From: Candidatus Electrothrix yaqonensis
Lineage (GTDB): Bacteria; Desulfobacterota; Desulfobulbia; Desulfobulbales; Desulfobulbaceae
Assembly (NCBI GenBank): GCA_047651235.1
Contig: CP178758.1
Span: forward strand, 3,540,001 to 3,572,000
Length of the DNA stretch: 32,000 bases
Direction: 5' to 3'
Made by a program: the position numbers and the translations under genes. Positions 9,266 through 21,600 of this stretch are shown one piece after another. The notes beneath the pieces were generated by a model. The model made no database searches. It worked only from the letters and a program-made list of their open reading frames with translations, and was not told the DNA's origin. The stretch's first letter is position 1. Each line of letters starts with the position of its first letter.

Positions 9266-9689
9266 ATTTCATCTGCTTCTGCGGATATCTATTTAGCTTG
9301 CTTACTCAACCAGTTAGCGGATTGCTTTTTGTCTTCCCCCCCGCTTATAGTCCATTACTTCAGCCGCTTGATGATCCGCTATAGGCATTCCTTGATGGCT
9401 CAGTCTTGGCCTGGGATGTTGCTCTCTTCAGGAACTGTCCTGATAATTCCTCTCAACTCGGCCAGATCATCTTCTTTCCCAATGTATTCCAAATTCCACA
9501 GGGCAAGATCAATGGCCTGGAAGGTGGCGTAGGGGAAGGACGAGGGGCTAAAGACTCTTCAACCTTCCGTAAATAGGGCTGGAAGGTCTTCATTTCACTG
9601 CGTGATCTTCTCTCGGACAGACCTGTCGCTGTTGCCTGATGGAGGCAGGTAGTTCTTTCAGTCTTTTCGATCTGTAAGGAGTTCCTTCA

Positions 9690-9959
9690 ATGACATGGCA
9701 GAAAATAAGTTCCTTTATCGTTGAGCGAGTTGTTGCAACCATTACAGGTTTGGTTATAATCGCAATCATTCTGCCGAGCATATTGCCGCCTGAAATGCTC
9801 CCTGCAGATGCCGGGTGGCTCCAGCAGCATGCAAAAGTATTCTGCTTTTCTGTGGTCGGATGCGAAGTTGCGTTTGTGTTTCAGTATTGGTCCAAAAAAA
9901 TGAGGGTATTAGGATGGGTACTGCTGGCAGTGACTTTCGCTTTGGTCGCTTTCGGTTAA
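9690..9959 (+). CDS. Small hypothetical membrane protein (about 3 TM)
   Basis: 89-aa ORF with a good RBS (TAAGGAG 8 nt upstream of ATG) and hydrophobic segments. Confidence 0.5.
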   Translation: MTWQKISSFIVERVVATITGLVIIAIILPSILPPEMLPADAGWLQQHAKVFCFSVVGCEVAFVFQYWSKKMRVLGWVLLAVTFALVAFG

Positions 9960-10014
9960 ATATTGAATCAATTCAAAACAGAAAACATGCGGGAAGGCCC
10001 GCCTCCACAATCTT

Positions 10015-11973
10015 ATGACCACCTACATCACCACCCCGATCTACTACGTCAATGCCATGCCTCACATCGGGCATGCCTACAGCACCATTATCGCCGACAC
10101 CTATGCCCGTTTCCGCCGACTCTGCGGCGACGATGTCCGGTTTCAGACCGGCACGGATGAACACGGTGAAAAAATCGTTCAGGCAGCAGAAGGGAAGGGC
10201 GTCAGTCCACGGGAGTATGTGGACCGAATCTCCTCGATCTTCCGGCAGACATGGCCTAGCTTGGACATTGAGCAGGATCATTTTATCCGCACTACTGACC
10301 CGGAGCATATCAAGGTGGTCCAGGATATTCTGCAGCAGGTCTACGATGCCGGGGATATCTATTTTTCTGAATATTCCGGCCATTACTGCAAAGGCTGCGA
10401 ACGCTTCCTCACCGAAAAAGAACTGAAGGACGGCAAATGCCCGGATCATCAGACCGTGCCGGAGGAGATCAGCGAGCAGAATTATTTTTTCCGCATGTCC
10501 AAGTATCAGGACTGGCTGATCGAGCATATCAAGAATAACCCGGAATACATCACCCCGGAACGCTACCGCAACGAGGTGCTGTCCTTTCTCAGCGAGCCGC
10601 TGGAAGACCTGTGTATTTCCCGGCCATGCTCCCGCCTGACCTGGGGCATCCCGCTGCCCTTTGATGAGAAATTTGTCACCTATGTCTGGTTTGATGCCCT
10701 GATCAACTATCTGACCGGCATCGGCTGGCCGGACGGGCCGGATTTTGCAAAATACTGGTCTGCGACCGAGCATGTGATTGCCAAGGATATTCTCAAACCC
10801 CATGCGATTTACTGGCCCACCATGCTGCAGTCTATGGGCCTACCCCCGTATAAGCGGCTGCATGTGCACGGCTACTGGAATGTGGACGAGACCAAGATGT
10901 CCAAGTCCCTGGGCAATGTAATTCGGCCAGGTGAACTGGTAGAGGAATACGGGGTGGATACGGTACGCTATTTTCTCCTCCGGGAAATGAGTTTCGGTCG
11001 GGACTCCTCCTTTTCCACCGAGGCGCTGGTGGACCGCCGTAATTCCGATCTGGCCAATGACGTGGGCAATCTTTTCTCCCGCGCCCTGACCATGCTGGCC
11101 AAATATGCTGACTCTATTGTGCCGGAAATCGATAAGGCCACAGTGACCGAGGAAGACCGGCTGCTGGTCGATGCTCTGGAAAAAATGGTTGCCGACTACA
11201 CGGTATATATGAACGGATTCGAGTTTCACCGGGCCCTGCAGACTGTCTGGGAAGTGATCGGGATGCTCAACCGGTTCATTGTCACCAATGCGCCGTGGGA
11301 ACTGGCCAAGGAGCCGGAGCAGGCCGGACGACTGAACACGGTGCTCTATTTCCTGGCGGACAGCCTACGCCTGCTCGCACTGGTGCTGCGTCCGGTCATG
11401 CCCACGGCAGCAGGAAAAATGGCAGCAGCCTTGGGACTGGAGGAGGGACTGGCCAGGGCTGTGCTGGCGGAAGAGGGCTGCTGGGGCAGAATGCAGGCCG
11501 GTACGATGTTGAATAAATGCGAAACCCTGTTTCCCCGTCTTGCCAAGAAAAAGCCGCAGCAGCCGGAAAAGTCTGCGCAGAAGCAGGATAAGAATAAAGC
11601 CGAGAAGAAAGACGCCGCTCCGCAGGCAGATATGGAAGGGCTGGTCACTTTTGATCAGTTCGGTAAGGTGGAACTGCGGGTGGCGGAGATCGTCACGGCA
11701 GAGAAGATAAAAAAGGCCAAAAAGTTACTCAAACTGACGGTCAAAGCGCCGGAAGAACGCACCTTGGTTGCAGGTATTGCCAAGCATTACACCCCGGAAG
11801 AACTGGTGGGCAAAAAGGTGATCATCGTGGCCAACCTGAAACCGGCCAAGCTGATGGGCATAACCTCCCAAGGCATGGTGCTGGCCGCCAAAGAAACCGA
11901 CGCGGACGGCAATGAACGGTTGGTGCTCTCCACCGTGGCCGGGGATATTGCGGTCGGGTCACGGGTGGCGTGA
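10015..11973 (+). CDS. metG: Methionyl-tRNA synthetase with C-terminal tRNA-binding (EMAP/Trbp111-like) domain
   Basis: 652 aa. Class I signatures: a HIGH-type motif (MPHIGHAYS) and KMSKS (KMSKSLGN). C-terminal OB-fold tail (VELRVAEIV...LVLAAK). Confidence 0.97.
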   Translation: MTTYITTPIYYVNAMPHIGHAYSTIIADTYARFRRLCGDDVRFQTGTDEHGEKIVQAAEGKGVSPREYVDRISSIFRQTWPSLDIEQDHFIRTTDPEHIKVVQDILQQVYDAGDIYFSEYSGHYCKGCERFLTEKELKDGKCPDHQTVPEEISEQNYFFRMSKYQDWLIEHIKNNPEYITPERYRNEVLSFLSEPLEDLCISRPCSRLTWGIPLPFDEKFVTYVWFDALINYLTGIGWPDGPDFAKYWSATEHVIAKDILKPHAIYWPTMLQSMGLPPYKRLHVHGYWNVDETKMSKSLGNVIRPGELVEEYGVDTVRYFLLREMSFGRDSSFSTEALVDRRNSDLANDVGNLFSRALTMLAKYADSIVPEIDKATVTEEDRLLVDALEKMVADYTVYMNGFEFHRALQTVWEVIGMLNRFIVTNAPWELAKEPEQAGRLNTVLYFLADSLRLLALVLRPVMPTAAGKMAAALGLEEGLARAVLAEEGCWGRMQAGTMLNKCETLFPRLAKKKPQQPEKSAQKQDKNKAEKKDAAPQADMEGLVTFDQFGKVELRVAEIVTAEKIKKAKKLLKLTVKAPEERTLVAGIAKHYTPEELVGKKVIIVANLKPAKLMGITSQGMVLAAKETDADGNERLVLSTVAGDIAVGSRVA

Positions 11974-12169
11974 GCAGCGCGGAAAGGGGAAGTATTGTCC
12001 CTGAATTGGATGAACAGTCGGCCTGAATGAGCGATAAACGGAATCTGCCACCCTCCGGACAGATCAGTATAATTTTTTTGACTCTGTAAAAACAATATGT
12101 TATTTTCTGTCCTACTTTGGGGCAGGAACTAACATTTTTTTATGCTGTTTTAATTCGGGAGGAGACCCT

Positions 12170-15100
12170 ATGCGTGTCACCAGCTTGCTCAAGCGCCACT
12201 GGCGTATTTTTTTCGTTGAAGCAATTCTGCTTCTTATTACTGTCGGCGCATTAATTGCATTGAATTTAGACTCAAACAAGATATATATAGCAGTTGTCTT
12301 TGATCAGGAAAGTTCCCGGGAGACAGTCAAGAAGGCTCTGGAGATTTATGCTGACCGAATAAATAAATACGGCGGAATTAAAAGTAAGGATGCAGAGGGT
12401 GGGAGTGACGGAAAACATCTTGAGTTTATTTATCGTGAAGATGGTGGCTCCCCGGAAAAAGCGAAACAGATAGCCCAGGAGCTTGTTCAGAATAAACATG
12501 ACATTGCTGCTGTCATAGGTCATTTTAACAATGAGACAACAGCGGCTGCGGCAGAGATTTACGGCAACGCAAAGAAACCGCTGCTTGTTCCTCTCTCAGC
12601 TGTTGATATCGACAGTCAATGGGTCTTTCAGGTATCTCCGTCACCCGGTGACTACGGATTGTATGCTGCTCATTATATCAGGCAGGTATTGGACAAACAA
12701 CTTGTTACAATCGTTCATTCGGAGAATAAAAACGATCTTGATGTTGTTGCATCATTTGAAAAGGCCTTTACAGCCCTTGGCGGACAGATCGAAAGAAAGG
12801 TGTCTGTGGGCAGTACGGAGGAAGCCGGTGAGGATGACGGTAAGGATGAGGAACTTTCTGAAGAGCAGGCTGATAAAATTATAGCCGGTCTGCAGGGCAG
12901 GGAGAACAATATGCTTTTGCTGGCAACACAGCCGGAGCAGACTGTATCCTTGGTTGTTGCTCTGAAAAGGGATGGTATCAATATACCTGTTATGTCGATG
13001 AATCAGAATCTCGGCAATGCTTTTGAAAAATATAATGAGAAATATCCCGGATATTTCTCAGACGATATCTATGCTCCGGCCGTGCTGTTGTTCGACAACC
13101 TGCAGAAAGAGCTTGCTCTGGTCAGAAAAGATTATGAACAGGGAGACCATGCGGAGAGGATCAGTCTGGAAGCTATGAAGACCGTTTTGTCGGCAGTCTT
13201 CATAAAAAATGCACTGGAGGCAATACCTCTTAATGAAAACAGGGAAGTGTCCCTGCATAAATTGGCCTCCTTTGTCGAGGCTTCCGACTGGTTCACTAAA
13301 GAACATCGGGTCCGGTCAACAAAACTTATTATCGGTATGTACCGTCATCGGCATCTTATTAAAGCGCCGATTAATCCGATGACCGTCAGGGAAGGTGATC
13401 TTTCGGAAGAATCTGACGACAAATTATTGAAAATTGATAATCGACTGCTCTATCCGGCTGATGTTGTTTATTCCGGGGTTGCTGTAAATAAAATCAGCAA
13501 TATTGATATGGTAAGTTTAACATATGATCTGGATTTCTTTGTCTGGTTCCGGTATCGGCATGGGGTTGAACATGCTGATGATATTGAGTTCCTGAATTCT
13601 CTGGAGGCTGTGCGGCTGCTTGATATAGTAAAGGAAACGAAAAGGCGGAAAGAGGAGGATATAGAAACACCGGAAGGGGCCATGACAGCTTCTCTGGTCA
13701 GTGAAACATCATTTCCGGAAAAAGAGCCCCGCTGGAGTTACCGCTGTTATCGGGTTACAGGACTCTTCAGTACTGATGATATAAAGAATTACGCTCTGGG
13801 GCAGCAGAATTTATACGTTATGTTCAGAAATGTCCGGCTGAATAAATTCAAACTGAACTATGTTTCCGACTACCTGAATGATAATTGGGGAATGTACAGC
13901 AGAGACAAGGTTAAATATGCCGATCTTGAAGAACTGAAATTTGATGTTATCGATAATCCTCAATTGGAGCTCAAATATACATTCAGCTATCTTGCCGAAT
14001 CAGAAAAAACAATGCTCGGTGCTCCTGAAGGGATCTATGCATCGAGTGATTTCAGCAAGTTTATTGCTGAATACAGAGTGGAGCCTGTACTGCTGAGTTT
14101 TCGGGGACTGGTATCCCGGGTCAACAGCTTTCTTTCCAAGAAAGCAGGCAACAGTGAAGATCAGATAGATCTGCCGTTGATGCTGATATGTTTTGCTCTC
14201 AGTTTCGGGCTCTTTCTTTTTGCCATATATGGTGATCACACTTCTGCATCCAATAAGTATTCAACATGGTGGTGGATGCTGAAACTGTCACTTATCCTGT
14301 TTATGCTGCTCTTTGGTGAGCTGGTGGTCAGTCAGCTGCTCTATAATATAAAGAATTCAGACTGGGGGGGATCGCATCGGAGTACCATCGCCGCCATACT
14401 GCATTATTGGGGGATGGGCATCGGCATTGCGGGCTTTTTAATTCCGGCCTACTATATCGCTTCAGCCTTTGACCAGTTCTTATGGAATCCGATTGAGAAG
14501 AGGACAGGTGCAGAATCGCCAGCTGTACTGCGTCTGTTCGTTACGGTGATAATTTATACCCTGGCCGGATTGGGAATAATGTACTATGTCTTTGATGTGC
14601 GCTCAAACAGTCTGGTTGCAACCTCCGGTGCTGTTGCTGTCCTTTTTGCTGTTGCCAGTAAAATCGATCTGTCCAATATCTTGGCCGGACTGGGAATCAG
14701 CTTTGCAAAGATATTCAAACTTCGGGATTGGGTAAAAATAGACGGGATTGAGGGGAAAATTATTGAAATGACTCCCCGCTCCACAAAAATCCTGACCTTT
14801 GATTCCTCTGTCGTCAATATCCCCAATTCTAAAGTAGCCGGTTCTGTTATTGAGAATTTTAACCGTCCCGGACTTCCCTACCGGCTTATTATCCATATGG
14901 AACTCGTGCCTGTGTATCGTTTTGAACGGGTGGAAAAACTGCTTCTGGATGCGGTGAGGTCTACCGACGGGGTATTGGATCGGCCGAAACCTTTTGTTCT
15001 GTTTAAAGGCCAGGGTGATTCCTGTCAGATTTACGAAGTTGCATTTTTTATCAAAGATTATGCGCGGCGGGCTGCTTTGTGGCAGGCGGCATGGCGGCGT

Positions 15101-15529
15101 ATCTGGCGGCACCTGGAACAGGCGGGAATTGAAATGGCAACACCGCAGCGTGAAGTATTTCTGCCCAAGGCTTCGGACGAAGAGCTGCATTCGCCGTTGA
15201 CTGTTCTGCACAACTGCGGTGCATTCACAGGGCTTGCAGATGAACAGATGGATCAGCTGGCTGAAAAGGCGGAATGGCAGAGGTACAGGGCTGGAGAGAT
15301 GATTCTCTCTCAGGAGGAGGACAAGGAGAGAATCTCTGTCATCACAGAAGGGGTGGTCGCCCTGACCGGTTCTGACGGTCAGGAAAAAAGGCTGGGCGTG
15401 GCTGATGTATTTGGCATGGATGATTTGCCTGAACACACTACGGCCACTGCAGTAACTGATTCTGAAATGCTGACGGTAAGGAAGGAGGATTTCCGTGCTG
15501 TTACAGAAGCTGCCGGAGCACCAGTATAG
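12170..15529 (+). CDS. Fusion protein: periplasmic-binding-protein (LivK-like) domain + multi-TM MscS-family channel + C-terminal cyclic-nucleotide-binding domain
   Basis: 1119 aa. N-terminal TM, then a type-1 PBP-like region (IAAVIGHFNNETTAAAAEIYGNAKKPLLVPLSA). TM cluster at about aa 660-830. MscS beta-domain (FKLRDWVKIDGIEGKIIEMTPRSTKILTFDSSVVNIPNSKV). cNMP-binding-like C-terminus (FTGLADEQMDQLAEKAEWQRYRAGEMILSQEE...). Strong RBS GGGAGGAG. Confidence 0.85.
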   Translation: MRVTSLLKRHWRIFFVEAILLLITVGALIALNLDSNKIYIAVVFDQESSRETVKKALEIYADRINKYGGIKSKDAEGGSDGKHLEFIYREDGGSPEKAKQIAQELVQNKHDIAAVIGHFNNETTAAAAEIYGNAKKPLLVPLSAVDIDSQWVFQVSPSPGDYGLYAAHYIRQVLDKQLVTIVHSENKNDLDVVASFEKAFTALGGQIERKVSVGSTEEAGEDDGKDEELSEEQADKIIAGLQGRENNMLLLATQPEQTVSLVVALKRDGINIPVMSMNQNLGNAFEKYNEKYPGYFSDDIYAPAVLLFDNLQKELALVRKDYEQGDHAERISLEAMKTVLSAVFIKNALEAIPLNENREVSLHKLASFVEASDWFTKEHRVRSTKLIIGMYRHRHLIKAPINPMTVREGDLSEESDDKLLKIDNRLLYPADVVYSGVAVNKISNIDMVSLTYDLDFFVWFRYRHGVEHADDIEFLNSLEAVRLLDIVKETKRRKEEDIETPEGAMTASLVSETSFPEKEPRWSYRCYRVTGLFSTDDIKNYALGQQNLYVMFRNVRLNKFKLNYVSDYLNDNWGMYSRDKVKYADLEELKFDVIDNPQLELKYTFSYLAESEKTMLGAPEGIYASSDFSKFIAEYRVEPVLLSFRGLVSRVNSFLSKKAGNSEDQIDLPLMLICFALSFGLFLFAIYGDHTSASNKYSTWWWMLKLSLILFMLLFGELVVSQLLYNIKNSDWGGSHRSTIAAILHYWGMGIGIAGFLIPAYYIASAFDQFLWNPIEKRTGAESPAVLRLFVTVIIYTLAGLGIMYYVFDVRSNSLVATSGAVAVLFAVASKIDLSNILAGLGISFAKIFKLRDWVKIDGIEGKIIEMTPRSTKILTFDSSVVNIPNSKVAGSVIENFNRPGLPYRLIIHMELVPVYRFERVEKLLLDAVRSTDGVLDRPKPFVLFKGQGDSCQIYEVAFFIKDYARRAALWQAAWRRIWRHLEQAGIEMATPQREVFLPKASDEELHSPLTVLHNCGAFTGLADEQMDQLAEKAEWQRYRAGEMILSQEEDKERISVITEGVVALTGSDGQEKRLGVADVFGMDDLPEHTTATAVTDSEMLTVRKEDFRAVTEAAGAPV

Positions 15530-17614
<2,085 letters not shown>

Positions 17615-17624
17615 GAGGACTGCC

Positions 17625-17876
17625 ATGAAAGAGCAGAAAAAGCAGTATGTCACCGGCAGGTATTACGATCTGGGAGAAGGAGAGATCGGCAGGATGCTTG
17701 CCATAACCCTGCGTGCCAAGATTATCCCATTAGGCAATTTCGGTGGCGGAGCCCGGCTCAGGGGACTGCTGGTTCTGCTGCTCTCCCATTCCCTGGGTAG
17801 AATTCTCTTTCCCCGTATTGTTCCGGTGGAACATCATCTGCACCGTCTGTATCTCCTGCTGAAACGCAACAGGTGA
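17625..17876 (+). CDS. Small hypothetical protein
   Basis: 83-aa ORF. RBS AGGAGG 7 nt upstream of ATG, 10 nt after the preceding stop. No recognisable family. Confidence 0.4.
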   Translation: MKEQKKQYVTGRYYDLGEGEIGRMLAITLRAKIIPLGNFGGGARLRGLLVLLLSHSLGRILFPRIVPVEHHLHRLYLLLKRNR

Positions 17877-17892
17877 GTTGCGCAGGGAAAAA

Positions 17893-17990
17893 TGGCGGAA
17901 GTGCATGGGAATCGAACCCACCTGCCGGACTGTTCACCCGGCACACCGGATTTGAAGTCCGGGAGGGCCACCAGTGCCCTTTCCACTTCC
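17893..17990 (-). tRNA. selC: tRNA-Sec (anticodon UCA), selenocysteine tRNA
   Basis: Minus strand reads GGAAGTGG...CACTTCCGCCA. Anticodon stem CCGGA/TCCGG with loop CTTCAAA (UCA). Long variable arm GCCGG...CCGGC. T loop GGTTCGATTCC. Length ~98 nt, typical of selC. Confidence 0.85.
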
Positions 17991-18029
17991 GTAGATTTTC
18001 AGGAATTGAAAAAAATAATATAATAACTA

Positions 18030-18059
18030 TTGACCTGAAAAACAACTTATTATTATAAT
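18030..18059 (+). promoter_or_regulatory. Sigma70-like promoter candidate upstream of the 18176 ORF and recB
   Basis: TTGACC (18030-18035), 18-nt spacer, TATAAT (18054-18059), in an AT-rich intergenic region. Confidence 0.5.
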
Positions 18060-18175
18060 AATTGTTCTTTTGTCAGTCCGGAAAATGTATCCGACAGATA
18101 TGTGGACGGATTGCATACTGGATTAACTTTCGCTGTTAACTGACGAATAACTCTTATTATTTCCTAATTCTTTCC

Positions 18176-18481
18176 ATGCAGTGCAAGCAATTGATCCGCC
18201 TCGCCAAGGACTGGTATACGCATGTTAAGCAGGAGACCATGGCTCCGGCCCGTATGATGCAGTTTATTGATAACCATGTAAAAGAGTGTGCAACCTGTCA
18301 GGGTGACCCTGATCTGCCGGATGAGATCGAAAAGATCAGGGAACATGTTCTGCCGGATTCCAAGCTGCCCAGAGCATTCCGTGCACCTGACAGCACACTC
18401 ACTCCTGAAATTTCTCCGACGGTTGAAAAAACTGACGAAGCGTCTTCAGAGAATGATTCAACCGCAGACGGGCTGCTGTAA
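18176..18481 (+). CDS. Small hypothetical protein with HxxxCxxC (zinc-finger-like) motif
   Basis: 101-aa ORF. HVKECATCQ motif, acidic low-complexity tail. Start codon uncertain (alternative ATG at MAPARMM with AGGAG upstream). Confidence 0.4.
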   Translation: MQCKQLIRLAKDWYTHVKQETMAPARMMQFIDNHVKECATCQGDPDLPDEIEKIREHVLPDSKLPRAFRAPDSTLTPEISPTVEKTDEASSENDSTADGLL

Positions 18482-18609
18482 GGTATCAATCCGTCTCACC
18501 TTTCCTGTTTTTTATCCACACAACGGCTTGTGTTGTTTTCGGCCGAACAATTCTTTTTACCCTTTTGTCCGGTCCGGCAGGTAGAGCTTGACCGGGCCAT
18601 TGTGCCGTC

Positions 18610-21600
18610 ATGCATCCTCTGAACCCTCTGACTCTGAACCTGCACGGTCAGATTCTGATTGAGGCCAGTGCCGGGACCGGCAAGACCTATACCATTGCCC
18701 TCCTGTTTCTCCGCCTGCTTCTGGAAAAGGGACTGAGCGTTGATGAGATTCTGGTGGTCACCTTTACCCGGGCAGCCACCGAGGAATTGCGGGGCAGAAT
18801 ACGGCAGCGCATCCGGGATGCCCTGGATGTTCTGGAAGGGCAGGGGCCGGATGATCCGCTGCTCCGGGAACTGCTTGATCGTTCCGTTGAGGCGGTTGGG
18901 CCGGACCGGGCGGCTGTCCTGCTCGGCGATGCGCTGACCCGCATGGATGAGGCTGCGATTTATACCATCCACGGCTTCTGCCGGCTGATGCTGCAGGAGC
19001 ACGCCTTTGAATCCGGTGCGCCGTTTGCAATGGAGTTTCTGGAAACAGAACAGGTCCTGCGCAGACGGATTATTGAGGATTTCTGGCGCCTCCGCTTTTA
19101 TCCTGCCTCTGAAGAAGAAGCAGCCTGGGTTGCCTCGCTCTGGGAAACGCCGGAAAGCCTGCTTGCCGGTCTGGGCGGCCATTTGGGCCGTAAGGATGTG
19201 GAATGTATCCCGGCGGTCAGTGAGGCAGAGGTTGTTCGGCAGACCCAGGAGGCTGCTGCCCTGTTTGCCGAGGTGCGCTCCCGGTGGCAGCAGCATGGAG
19301 AGGAAATTACCGCGCTGCTGCGGGAAAACAAACGGCTTTCGCGAAATAACAGCACAGGATACGGTCTAACCCGCCTTGACACAGCCATAGACACCCTTGA
19401 AAACTTTCTTGCTGCTGAGCATATGCCTTGGTCGGCAGCCAAGGAACTGGATCTGTTCACCGCTGTCAAGGTGTGGTCTTGTTTAAAGAAGAAGAGTAAG
19501 GAGGAGCCGCCCGACCATCCTTTCTTTGCCCTGTTCGAGGCTTTTCACCAAGCCCATCAACAGCTTAATCAGGACCGCCGGGTTCTGGTCCTCCTCACAG
19601 CCCGGAGCTATCTGCAGAGCGAACTTGTCCGGCGCAAGCAGGAACAGGATCAGCTCTCTTTTGATGATCTGCTGACCCGGCTGGAAGCGGCCTTGCAAGG
19701 GGAGGGGGGGAAGCGGCTGGCCCGGCGGATCGGCAGACGCTTTCCGGTTATCCTGGTGGATGAGTTTCAGGACACGGATCCGCTCCAGTACCGTATTTTT
19801 GCTGCTGTGCATAAGACACATAAGACAATGCAGGAAGGGAAAGAGAGGTCGGATCTGAACGAAAGACCGGGCCTTTTTCTGATCGGTGACCCCAAGCAGG
19901 CTATCTACAGTTTTCGCGGGGCAGATATTTTTACTTATATTCAGGCCCGCCAGGACACTCTGCCGGAAAACCGGCTGACCATGACCACCAATTACCGGTC
20001 CGCTGCTGCGATGGTCAAGGCGGTCAACCGAATCTTCAGCCATGCAGCCCCGTTTCTTTTCAGCAAAGATGAAATTGACTTCCCGGTAGTTCAAGCAGCC
20101 GGTCTGGCAGACAGTACCCCGCTGCTGCAGGATAAACCGCCTGCCGCCCTGACCTGCCTGCTGCTCCCTGATGACAACAAAGGCAAACCCTTGGCCAAGG
20201 GCACTGCCGAAGAGCTGGCAGCCCGTTTCTGCGCCCATGAGATCGCTGACCTGCTGGCTGCCGGGCAGTCGGGCAGGGCACACATCGGGGACCAGCCTCT
20301 GTGTGCAGGCTATATCGCCGTGCTGGTCCGCACCCATGCCGAGGCTGATCTGATCCGCAAAGAGCTGAGCGTCCTTTCCATCACCAGTGTCGCATTCAGT
20401 CAGGACTCCGTGTTTGCCGGTAAAGAGGCCAGACAGCTGCTCACGCTCATGACCGCGCTCAATGACCTGTCTGACAGTGCCCTGATCCGCACTGCCCTAT
20501 CCACGGATCTGTTTGGTTACACAGCAGAAAAAATAGAGCATCTCCGCCTTGATGAACAGGCATGGGAAGAGGTGATGCAGCAGATGGCCGATTACCAGAG
20601 AATCTGGCACATCCAGGGCGTGATTCCCATGCTGCAGAAACTGCTCAAGGACCAGCAGACCGTAAGCCGCCTCTGCGCTCTTCCCGGAGGGGAGCGGATG
20701 CTGACCAATTTTCTCCATCTGGCCGAGCTGCTGCAGGAGGAGTCCCGCCAGCGTAAGGGGGCGGATGCGCTGCTGCGCCGGTTCAGCGACCAGATCCATT
20801 CGCCGGAAAAGAACGCGGAAAACCAGCAGCTCAGGCTGGAGAGCGACGAAGATCTGGTGCAGATCGTCACGATTCACAAGTCCAAAGGCATGGAGTATCC
20901 GGTGGTCTTTCTCCCCTTTCTCTGGGCAGCTCGGCCCTGTTCACCGGACCGTCCGCTGGCCTTTCATCGGCCGGAACAGCCGGACCGCCTCTGTATCGAT
21001 TTCAGAACAGGCAGGGAAGAGAGTGATGAGCATTTCCGGCTGGCGGAAAAGGAGCGGCTGGCCGAAGACCTGCGTCTGCTCTATGTTGCCCTGACCAGAG
21101 CCAGATACTGCTGCTTTTTCTGCTGGGGCAGAATAAACAAAATGGAGGAAAGTGCGCTCTGCTATCTGCTGCACGGGGGTATGTCGTCTCCGGAACAGCT
21201 TGCTGCTGATCTGCGGCAAGCTGGCAACGGAGCTGAAGAGATGGCAGTGAAGCCGTTTCCTGAGCGTTTTGTCCGGCCTGATTTGAGCAGGGCTGCTGCT
21301 GGTGTTTCCCTGAGCGCCAAGCCCTTCACAGGTCGGATCGACAGCCGCTGGCAGCTGTTCAGCTATTCCGGCCTGACGGCTCTGCACCGCTCCGATACCG
21401 GGCTGCAGCCGGAGCGGCCTGATTACGACGAAGAAGCGGGCAGAGACACGGTCGAAGAACCGGAAATGCCCGAGCCTGATGCGTTCAGCTTTCCCAAGGG
21501 AGCTGCTGCCGGAACCTGTCTTCATGCCATTCTGGAGCATATCAGCTTTCATGACCCGAACGGCCATGAGGCGGTGATCAGTGCCCAGCTGGCACGGGCC

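Noticed and set aside
8901-9272. 123-aa minus-strand ORF between the Fic gene and the tRNA-derived repeat; considered as a possible integrase remnant of the island.
   Set aside because: It has no tyrosine-recombinase motifs and a low-complexity composition, and it overlaps the Fic 3' end and the att repeat. Treated as non-coding.
9400-9593. Possible degraded small gene on the minus strand (MKTFQPYLRKVEES..., with another frame reading ..AIDLALWNLEYIGKEDDLAELRGIIRTVPEE..).
   Set aside because: The frames are broken within ~45 codons and I cannot assign a family. It may be a pseudogene fragment just outside the island, but the support is too weak to call.
18496-19296. Long antisense ORFs inside recB (this one and 19483-20337, 20941-21657), metG (9973-10803), the MscS fusion (14603-15673), the HAD-like gene (16136-17038) and trkH (2764-3243 and others).
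   Set aside because: They overlap strongly supported genes on the opposite strand, are Arg/Pro/Gly-rich as is typical of GC-rich shadow frames, and have no motifs.
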